Made by a program: the position numbers and the translations under genes. A DNA stretch of 28,020 nt. Origin: a virus. Lineage: Duplodnaviria; Caudoviricetes. Under the pieces are notes generated by a model. The model saw only the letters and a program-made list of their open reading frames with translations. It was not told the origin of the DNA and did not search any database. The stretch is taken from positions 1-28,020 of the IMG/VR virus record IMGVR_UViG_3300010052_000218, one strand, 5' to 3'. Positions within the stretch are counted from its first letter, which is position 1. The number at the start of each line of letters is the position of its first letter. This document shows, piece after piece, positions 1 to 6,407 of the stretch.

Positions 1-348
1 CGCCGCATCGATGCCGCGGTCGAGCGCGCGGTGGGCGCGCTGCCCCCGGCCGAGCCGGGCACACCAGGCCGTGACGTCGATATGGACGAGGTCACCCGCC
101 GCATCGATGCCGCGGTCGAGCGCGCGGTGGGCGCGCTGCCCCCGGCCGAGCCGGGCACACCAGGCCGTGACGTCGATATGGACGAGGTCGCCCGTCACAT
201 CGACGCAGCGGTCGAGCGCGCGGTGGGCGCGCTTCCACCGGCCGAGCCGGGCACGCCGGGTCGCGACGTCGATATGGACGAGGTCGCCCGCCGCATCGAT
301 GCCGCGGTCAAGCACGCGGTGGGCGAGCTGCCCCCGGCCGAGCCGGGC
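1..348 (+). repeat. 96-bp coding tandem repeat, at least 3.6 copies
   Basis: Units start at 1, 97, 193 and 289, each encoding about RRIDAAVERAVGALPPAEPGTPGRDVDMDEV(T/A). Confidence 0.95.
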
Positions 349-753
349 AGAGACGGTGTTGGTGTCGCTGGCGCGCTGATCGATCGGACGGGCACACTCG
401 TCCTAACCCTCAGCGACGGCACGATCCGCGAGCTCGGTACGGTCGTGGGTGAGCCTGGGCGCGCCGGGTTCAGCCTCGAGAACTTCGACACGAAGTGGGA
501 CGGTGAACGTACGCTCACCCTCGTCTTCAACAACGGACGCGAGGAATATTCGCACCAGCTTCACCTGCCGATGATGATCGATCGCGGTGTCTATTCCGAG
601 GGCCGATCGTACCAGGCCGGCGACGTCGTTACATGGGGTGGTTCGCTCTGGATCGCCCAGCGAGACACCGATGTGAAGCCGGACGGACCCGACAGCGGAT
701 GGCGCCTCAGCGTGAAACGCGGCCGGGACGGCAAGGATCGGGACAAGGGCTGA
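1..753 (+). CDS. Phage head-region protein with 32-aa Pro/Gly repeats and a C-terminal aromatic CBM-like module (5' end outside window)
   Basis: Frame is open from base 1 to TGA at 751-753; C-terminus RGVYSEGRSYQAGDVVTWGGSLWIA...WRLSVKRGRDGKD; stop overlaps the next ATG. Confidence 0.7.
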   Translation, partial: RRIDAAVERAVGALPPAEPGTPGRDVDMDEVTRRIDAAVERAVGALPPAEPGTPGRDVDMDEVARHIDAAVERAVGALPPAEPGTPGRDVDMDEVARRIDAAVKHAVGELPPAEPGRDGVGVAGALIDRTGTLVLTLSDGTIRELGTVVGEPGRAGFSLENFDTKWDGERTLTLVFNNGREEYSHQLHLPMMIDRGVYSEGRSYQAGDVVTWGGSLWIAQRDTDVKPDGPDSGWRLSVKRGRDGKDRDKG

Positions 754-1055
754 TGGCTGCGCTGATCACCACCGACGCGGCCCGGCGCCAGCTTCGGCTG
801 ACCCAGTCGGATCTCGATGTTCCGGATGTAGCCCTTGATGTAGCCGAGAAGGCGATCGAGGCCACGGGGATCGTCATCGACTATCTGAAGCGTCCCGAGC
901 ACGGCTGGACGGCCGACACCGTGCCGCAGCCTGTGCGCAGCGCGATCCTGCTGGTGCTCACGACAGTCTACGAGTTCCGGGGCGGCGAAGTCGAACCCCT
1001 CAGTGACGCGGTCAAATCGCTGCTGAGCCGCATGCGCGATCCTACGCTCGCATGA
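753..1055 (+). CDS. Head-tail connector (HK97 gp6-like)
   Basis: ATG at 753 overlaps the upstream stop; about 100 aa with ...IDYLKR...VPQPVRSAILLVLTTVYEFR...VKSLL pattern and expected position. Confidence 0.8.
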   Translation: MAALITTDAARRQLRLTQSDLDVPDVALDVAEKAIEATGIVIDYLKRPEHGWTADTVPQPVRSAILLVLTTVYEFRGGEVEPLSDAVKSLLSRMRDPTLA

Positions 1056-1444
1056 GGCCGAAGCGGACGCGCGCCAGCCGGTATCGGGACCGAATCCGTA
1101 TCGAACGGCCAGTCGCCGATGGGTCGTTCGCTGGGGCGGGCTCAGGTTCTTGGTCTTTCGTGGCCGAGGTCTCAGGTGAGGTGCTCGACGCGCGACCGAG
1201 CCGCGACGAGCGGCTCGCGAATGGTCTGAACTCAAGCGCCAGGCGCGCGCGGGTCGAGATCCGATACCGCGAAGGGATCACGCCGAACATGCGCTTCGTG
1301 GTCGGGGCGAAAGTGGTCGGTGACGTGGTCGACTATAGCTCTGCACGGATCATGCAGATCATCGCTGGACCGGCCGAGCTGGGGCATCGCGAGGCAATCG
1401 AGTTCATGGCGGAGGAGTACAGGCCGGCCGGGAATACGGCCTGA
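1052..1444 (+). CDS. Head-tail adaptor / head closure protein
   Basis: RDRIRIERP...W...VEIRYREGITPNMR pattern; ATGA overlap; follows the connector. Confidence 0.8.
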   Translation: MRPKRTRASRYRDRIRIERPVADGSFAGAGSGSWSFVAEVSGEVLDARPSRDERLANGLNSSARRARVEIRYREGITPNMRFVVGAKVVGDVVDYSSARIMQIIAGPAELGHREAIEFMAEEYRPAGNTA

Positions 1445-1977
1445 TGCCTACCGTCAAGGGGCAGGCCGGGGTGAAGAGCTACTTCGCCGCGGCGCCCCAA
1501 GCCCTCGAGACCAAGATACTCCGCGGTGCCGCTCGCCTTGGCGGCCGCATGATCGCCGACTCCGCGCGCGATCGCGTCACATCCGACCTGGTGCGCGACG
1601 CGATTGTCGTGCGCGTGAAAGCGACCGACGGGCGGATCGTGGTCAAGATCTCGGTGAAGTTCGGCTGGGCACTCACAGTCGGCACCTGGCTCGAATACGG
1701 CACCGACGCCCACTTCATCTCCGTGGACGATACCCAGCGCCAGGGGATGAGCGTGCGGCGCGTGAACGAGCAGCAGCGTGCGGGATCGCTGGCGATCGGC
1801 GGCGAGTTCGTTGGAACGACGGTTTGGCATCCGGGCGCCCGCCCCCACCCGTTCTTGCGTCCCGCCCTCGACGACAACGAGCGCGAAGTCGTCGCCGCGA
1901 TGCAAGGCTACATCACCACCAGGCTACAGCGCTACGGCCTCGGCGGCCCGGCCGAACCAGAGGATACCGACCGATGA
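1444..1977 (+). CDS. HK97 gp10-like tail completion protein
   Basis: WLEYGT...HPGARPHPFLRPALD motif. Confidence 0.85.
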   Translation: MPTVKGQAGVKSYFAAAPQALETKILRGAARLGGRMIADSARDRVTSDLVRDAIVVRVKATDGRIVVKISVKFGWALTVGTWLEYGTDAHFISVDDTQRQGMSVRRVNEQQRAGSLAIGGEFVGTTVWHPGARPHPFLRPALDDNEREVVAAMQGYITTRLQRYGLGGPAEPEDTDR

Positions 1978-2375
1978 TCGGAGCGGAAATCGCTGGCGAG
2001 CTGCTGCGCGCATCGGCACCGCTGCGCCTGAAGGTAGCAGAGACGAGCATCAAAGGGGGAGTGCTCCCCGCCGACGTAGCGCTGCCGGCACTTCTGGTGC
2101 GGACGGTCTCGGGCAACGAACGCCAGCCGCTGCGCAAGGGCGAAAAGGTCCGGTGCTGGGCGCGTGTGAGCGTCACGGTGCGCGCCGCGAGCTGGAGTGA
2201 CCAGATAGACGTGCTCAAGCTCGCCAGGGAGGCGCTGCGGGGTTGGACCGGTGATCTCGGCACCTCGACGGACATCTCGATCACCGTGGCCGGCACTGGC
2301 CCCGACCTGAACGGCCCGGGCAACACCTTCGAACAGGCCCAGGATTTCCGCGTCTCATACGACGCGACGACATAG
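1974..2375 (+). CDS. Probable tail terminator protein
   Basis: ATG at 1974 overlaps the gp10 stop (3' part of track ORF 1320-2375); size and position fit. Confidence 0.65.
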   Translation: MIGAEIAGELLRASAPLRLKVAETSIKGGVLPADVALPALLVRTVSGNERQPLRKGEKVRCWARVSVTVRAASWSDQIDVLKLAREALRGWTGDLGTSTDISITVAGTGPDLNGPGNTFEQAQDFRVSYDATT

Positions 2376-2404
2376 CCTTCCGCAAGCGCCGCGGCGCCCA
2401 AGGA

Positions 2405-2478
2405 CCTCCGGTAGCTCAGGATAGAGCACCCGACTTCGAGCGCGGGTGGTCGGCGGGTGCGAGTCCCGCCCCGGGGAG
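2405..2478 (+). pseudogene. Degenerate tRNA-like cloverleaf (TCG at the anticodon position)
   Basis: CCTCCGG-TA-GCTC AGGATA GAGC-A-CCCGA CTTCGAG CGCGGG-TGGTC-GGCGGG TGCGAGT CCCGCC-CCGGGGA-G; non-canonical T-loop, distorted anticodon stem, no CCA. Confidence 0.7.
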
Positions 2479-2503
2479 CGACTCTTTCAGCAGGAGAAAG
2501 ACC

Positions 2504-2758
2504 GTGACCGACACACCGAAAACCAAACCCGCGTTCGTGATCAAGAACTTCCGCGATGCGGGCACGGAGGAGCGCCACGCCAAGGGCACGATCGTGCCGA
2601 TCGAGGAAGGCGCGTTGAGCAACTACGTCGCCGCCGGCCTCGTGCGCGAGCCCACGGCCGAAGATCAGCAGGCTGCGCGCACCACCGCGGCCGCCGAGAG
2701 CAAGGCCGAAGACAAGGCCCAGGGGGGCAAGGGCGAAGAGAAGCCCAAGGCCACCTGA
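2504..2758 (+). CDS. Small hypothetical phage protein
   Basis: GTG start after a GGAG RBS; 84 aa with a low-complexity C-terminus. Confidence 0.75.
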   Translation: MTDTPKTKPAFVIKNFRDAGTEERHAKGTIVPIEEGALSNYVAAGLVREPTAEDQQAARTTAAAESKAEDKAQGGKGEEKPKAT

Positions 2759-2829
2759 CACCAGTTCGGCCGTCTCCGGGCGGCTGATCCCCCGCCGGCA
2801 TCGCCGGCTCGCCCACAAGGAGAAAGACC

Positions 2830-3279
2830 ATGGGTTCCACGACTGCGGCGGGCACGGCGCTCGCCATTTCTGCGGCCGCACCGGCCACCTATGACGCTAC
2901 TGGCTTCGCCGCCCTCACCTTCACCGAGATCGGCGGCATCGAAAAGATCGGCGCGATCGGCGCTGTCACGGCCGAGGTCGAATTCAAGCCGCTCAAGGGC
3001 GCGGTCGAGACGCACAAAGGCTCGACCAACTACGGCACGCTGCAGCCCTCGATCGCACACGACGAAGACGATGCCGGCCAAACGTTGCTGCGCACGGCAG
3101 CCGAGCCGACCAACAACGCGATGTACTCCTACAAGGTGACGCTGGCGACCGGCGGCGTCCGTTACTCGCGTGGCCGAGTATTCGGCTATCCGGAGACGAT
3201 CGACGGCGCCGACAGCATCCTGATGGCGAACCCCACGATCAAGCTCAGCACGCCGATCGTCAAGGTCGACGCCCCCTGA
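2830..3279 (+). CDS. Major tail (tube) protein
   Basis: AAGGAG RBS; 149 aa; APATYDATGFAALTFTEIG...KGSTNYG...DAGQ pattern; precedes the chaperone genes. Confidence 0.8.
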   Translation: MGSTTAAGTALAISAAAPATYDATGFAALTFTEIGGIEKIGAIGAVTAEVEFKPLKGAVETHKGSTNYGTLQPSIAHDEDDAGQTLLRTAAEPTNNAMYSYKVTLATGGVRYSRGRVFGYPETIDGADSILMANPTIKLSTPIVKVDAP

Positions 3280-3314
3280 TCCACCCCATTCCGGCTGACG
3301 AAGCCGGTTCACAG

Positions 3315-3376
3315 GCATCGGCCCGTTCCGCGCTCTCGCGGGCGGAGCGGGTCGGTGCATCATGCCGCGAGAAGGA
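3315..3376 (+). promoter_or_regulatory. Predicted H-type pseudoknot abutting the tail-chaperone RBS
   Basis: 17-bp stem 3315-3331/3342-3358 (with GU pairs); loop TCTCGCGG (3334-3341) is the exact complement of CCGCGAGA (3365-3372). Confidence 0.6.
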
Positions 3377-3383
3377 ACTCACG

Positions 3384-3791
3384 ATGGACGCAACTATCCT
3401 CAAAGCCGCTGCGACCGGCGTCATTCACGTCAAGGGCGCTGCTGGCGAACCGCTCTACGACGGCGAGACCCCTGTCCGCATCATCGTTCACGGCCCGGGC
3501 AGCCGGGCCTACGGCGTGGTCGAAAGCCGCCAGACGGCCCGAGCGACGAAGAGAATGAACGACAACGAGGGAAAATTCACCGCTGGGACGTCGGAAGAAC
3601 GCCGCGCGGAAACTGCAGAAGACCTCGCAACCGTGACCGTTCGCTTTGAAGGCCTGTCCTATGGCGACAAGACCGGCACCGAGCTGTTCGAGGCTGTGTA
3701 CGGGGATCCTGATCTCGGCTTCATTGCGAAGCAGGTGACAAAATTCCTGGCCGACTGGGCAAATTTTCGGCCCGGGTCAGCTTCGAGCTGA
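3384..3791 (+). CDS. Tail assembly chaperone (lambda G-like)
   Basis: Lies between tail tube and tape measure; slippery heptamer near its 3' end. Confidence 0.8.
   Translation: MDATILKAAATGVIHVKGAAGEPLYDGETPVRIIVHGPGSRAYGVVESRQTARATKRMNDNEGKFTAGTSEERRAETAEDLATVTVRFEGLSYGDKTGTELFEAVYGDPDLGFIAKQVTKFLADWANFRPGSASS
3761..3767 (+). promoter_or_regulatory. -1 ribosomal frameshift site A AAT TTT
   Basis: X XXY YYZ in the chaperone frame (GCA AAT TTT); the -1 frame is open through to 4201. Confidence 0.8.
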
Positions 3792-4201
3792 CCCTGTTCA
3801 TCGAGCACCTCGCCTGGCTTCATGCGACGCCGAAGTCTGACGATCCCAAAGACACCAGGCAGAGGCGTTCTCGATTCGAGCAAATGAAGGGCGGCGGGCC
3901 CCCGCCAATGCCGCCCAACGCCATGCCGCACATTATCGACTGGCTCACCGAAATCGGTTTGGTCGGTACCAACGGCATGGGGGCGGTGCCCGTCAGCTGG
4001 CAGGAGATCAACGCCTGGCAGTTCGTGACCGGGGTTCAGCTCGAACCTTGGGTCGCGCGGCTCATGCGACGCCTATCGGTGGCCTATGTCGCTATGAGCC
4101 GAAAGGCTGAGCATGAAAGCTGCCCCCCACCCTGGAAGGCGCCGGTAACAGCGTGGGAGCGCGATACCGAAACCGCCCGCCTGCAGATGGTGCTGGGCTG
4201 A
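3767..4201 (+). CDS. Tail assembly chaperone frameshift extension (lambda T-like)
   Basis: -1 frame reads SARVSFELTLFIEHLAWLHATPK... into track ORF 3884-4201 (PVSWQEINAW...LMRRLS). Confidence 0.75.
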   Translation, partial: SARVSFELTLFIEHLAWLHATPKSDDPKDTRQRRSRFEQMKGGGPPPMPPNAMPHIIDWLTEIGLVGTNGMGAVPVSWQEINAWQFVTGVQLEPWVARLMRRLSVAYVAMSRKAEHESCPPPWKAPVTAWERDTETARLQMVLG

Positions 4202-4241
4202 GCGAGCGTGTACATTGGCCGACCTAAAGGGGGATTCGGTT

Positions 4242-4613
4242 GTGCGCGCGCTCGTTTTTGCCATCGCTCTCGTTTCGCTGTCGGGCGCGCCGGCGGCCGC
4301 GGCCGAGCAGTTCGACCTTGTATGCACCGCCAAGAAAGAAAATCAGCGCTACCGGATTGATCTGGAGCGAGGCGAATGGTGCGCCGGCCAATGCAAGCGC
4401 ATAATGAAGATCGCCGAGATCACCGCAGGCATGCTCACGTTGAACGAGGACAAGCCAACACTGTCGGACCGTGTCCGTGCTCACAATCGGATCAACAGAG
4501 TGACGGGCGATTGGGAATGGTACTATTTCGACCCAAACTACCCGTCTACGATGGACCATCGGGGCATGTGTGAGCGAGCGCCATTCAGCGGCTTTCCGGC
4601 GGGCAAGTTCTAG
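4242..4613 (+). CDS. Exported hypothetical protein (moron)
   Basis: GTG after an AAAGGGGGA RBS; signal peptide MRALVFAIALVSLSGAPAAAA; four Cys in the mature part. Confidence 0.75.
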   Translation: MRALVFAIALVSLSGAPAAAAEQFDLVCTAKKENQRYRIDLERGEWCAGQCKRIMKIAEITAGMLTLNEDKPTLSDRVRAHNRINRVTGDWEWYYFDPNYPSTMDHRGMCERAPFSGFPAGKF

Positions 4614-4621
4614 CCAGCCAT

Positions 4622-4804
4622 TTAGGTCCGAACGCCCTTCAGGCGGTCTGGCGTGTCCCAGTGCTCGATGCCTTTGTCGACCAGTCGGCGGATCGACTCC
4701 GCGCGCGAAGGCAGATCCGGTTGGTGGCGACGCCATTCATCGATCATCGATAGCCATTCGGGCGAAGCCCGCATTTGGAACGGCTGAGTTTTTTCGTCAG
4801 TCAT
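4622..4804 (-). CDS. Ribbon-helix-helix DNA-binding protein
   Basis: FQMRASPEWLSMIDEWRRHQPDLPSRAESIRRLV; start probably ATG 4804 (or 4813). Confidence 0.8.
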   Translation of the reverse strand: MTDEKTQPFQMRASPEWLSMIDEWRRHQPDLPSRAESIRRLVDKGIEHWDTPDRLKGVRT

Positions 4805-4810
4805 GTGCCC

Positions 4811-4858
4811 CATGTAAATACATGCTTGACGTTCGTCAATCATTCATGTAATTACATA
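4811..4858. promoter_or_regulatory. Divergent promoters with two palindromic operator-like sites
   Basis: CATGTA-AA-TACATG (4811-4824) and CATGTA-AT-TACATA (4845-4858) flank TTGACG-TT-CGTCAA (4826-4839), which gives a -35 hexamer on each strand. Confidence 0.7.
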
Positions 4859-4924
4859 GTTACAGGCCGAGCATAGGGTGCAACCTGTGCTCGGCCCTAA
4901 CCGACAACGCACTGGAGATGCGTC

Positions 4925-5287
4925 ATGGCTGACATCCGTATTACCCGCCGAGGAATATTCGGCGCAACCGCTGCCTTGCCCCTGCTCATCATGGCACCCG
5001 CTACAGCTGGCGCGAAAGATCATCCCTTTCAACGGGCGCTCGCTGACTGGCGTATCGCTGAGGCTGTCGCGCAGGCAGCACAGCGCAAAGGCTCCACGCC
5101 GCCCGCCGAAGCCAATCGGTTGGCCGTGGTCGCCGACGAGAAGTTCGACGTGATGGCCGTGACACCCGTTCCGGATGCCGCGGCCCTGTCGCTGAAGATG
5201 GAGCTGATATTCGAGCGCTCGGAGGGGTTCGAGCTCGCCGACTTCTATGCTCAGGCGCTGATCGTCGATGTCCGGGGGCTCGCGTGA
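4925..5287 (+). CDS. Hypothetical protein with a twin-arginine-like N-terminus
   Basis: GGAG RBS; TRRGIFGATAALPLL; overlaps the next gene by GTGA. Confidence 0.7.
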   Translation: MADIRITRRGIFGATAALPLLIMAPATAGAKDHPFQRALADWRIAEAVAQAAQRKGSTPPAEANRLAVVADEKFDVMAVTPVPDAAALSLKMELIFERSEGFELADFYAQALIVDVRGLA

Positions 5288-5490
5288 GCCAGGGCTTCTC
5301 GCCGGAGCAGTGGCTTGGTCGCTGGTCGTTTGTGGGTGGCGTGACGATCGCAGCCGGGCGCGTGGCACTGACCATGGATCTTGATGGCAACGGGGCCGAG
5401 CAGCGAAGGTTGCTCGGTCGTCTAGATGGGAAATCGGGCCGACGTGCTGCCGTCCGCGCCGCCGTGCTGGCTAGGTGGAATCATGGCTGA
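5284..5490 (+). CDS. Small hypothetical protein
   Basis: Overlaps both neighbours; 68 aa. Confidence 0.55.
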   Translation: MSQGFSPEQWLGRWSFVGGVTIAAGRVALTMDLDGNGAEQRRLLGRLDGKSGRRAAVRAAVLARWNHG

Positions 5491-6223
5491 CCAGGAGGAA
5501 TGGCGGCCGGTCGTTGGTTTTGAGGGACGTTACGAAGTTAGCTCACTAGGTCGGGTCCGAGGCGTCGATCGGCTTACGTCGTACCAGTGTCGTTGTGGCC
5601 AGCTTGTACGGAGGTGGGTCCAAGGCCTTGTTCTCCGCCAGCAACTCGACCGGAAAGGATACCCCCAGGTCGGGCTGCGAGATGGCAGCCGGGTTGCACG
5701 ACGTGGTGTCCATCAGATAGTTTGCCGAGCCTTCCATGGCCCTGCGCCGTCGGCTGTGCATCAGGTCGCGCACAATGACGGGAGCCGCGCCAATGCCCGT
5801 GCGGACAATCTCCGATGGGCGACCAGCCGGGAGAACATGGCCGATCAGCTACAGCACGGAACTCGGGCGCGCGGTGAAAGGCACGGAATGGCGAAGCTGA
5901 CCGCTGCTGACATCCCGAAGATCTTGACCGACACGCGATCCGCCAATGCAATAGCAAAGCAATATGGCATCACGACATCGATGGTATCGCGTATCAGAAC
6001 CGGACGAGCCTGGGGGCACGTCCCCGGCATCCGTCCTACCAAGGGTCGTCGCGTCACGCATCGTGCTGGAGAAGACAACCCGGTCGCAAAGTTGTCTGCG
6101 AACGATGTAAGAGAAATTCGGCGGACAACCCTGTCGCAGGATTCCGTAGCTGCTCAATTCGGGATCAGCCAATCCGCGGTGAGTCTCATCAGACGCCGCA
6201 AGCTCTGGAGCCACCTCCCCTAA
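5483..6223 (+). CDS. NUMOD4-HNH endonuclease with two C-terminal HTH-like repeats
   Basis: NUMOD4 EEWRPVVGFEGRYEVSSLGRVR; HNH VHQIVCRAFHG...VAHNDGSRANARADNLRWAT..EN; duplicated GE....AKL....I..I...A.Q.GI..S.VS.IR....W.H. Confidence 0.9.
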   Translation: MADQEEWRPVVGFEGRYEVSSLGRVRGVDRLTSYQCRCGQLVRRWVQGLVLRQQLDRKGYPQVGLRDGSRVARRGVHQIVCRAFHGPAPSAVHQVAHNDGSRANARADNLRWATSRENMADQLQHGTRARGERHGMAKLTAADIPKILTDTRSANAIAKQYGITTSMVSRIRTGRAWGHVPGIRPTKGRRVTHRAGEDNPVAKLSANDVREIRRTTLSQDSVAAQFGISQSAVSLIRRRKLWSHLP

Positions 6224-6407
6224 GCTTGAGTAGAGCACGGGGCCGCGCTCGGCCGTCGCCTGGGAACCAAGAGTACTCACCATGGAAACACCGTTTCGCG
6301 CGTGGAAATCCCATGCTCGCCAGTTTTTCCACAAACGTCTCGCAACTCACTCAGAACTGAACGCGAGCGCGACCGCCGCGGCCCACTTCACTCGGAAGGA
6401 GGTGTAG

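Noticed and set aside
1-348. CRISPR-like array
   Set aside because: Contiguous in-frame coding repeats with no spacers and no cas genes.
6282-6407. 41-aa ORF ending directly before the tape measure ATG, within a region with some long-range pairing
   Set aside because: No clear RBS or motif; cannot be supported without conservation data.
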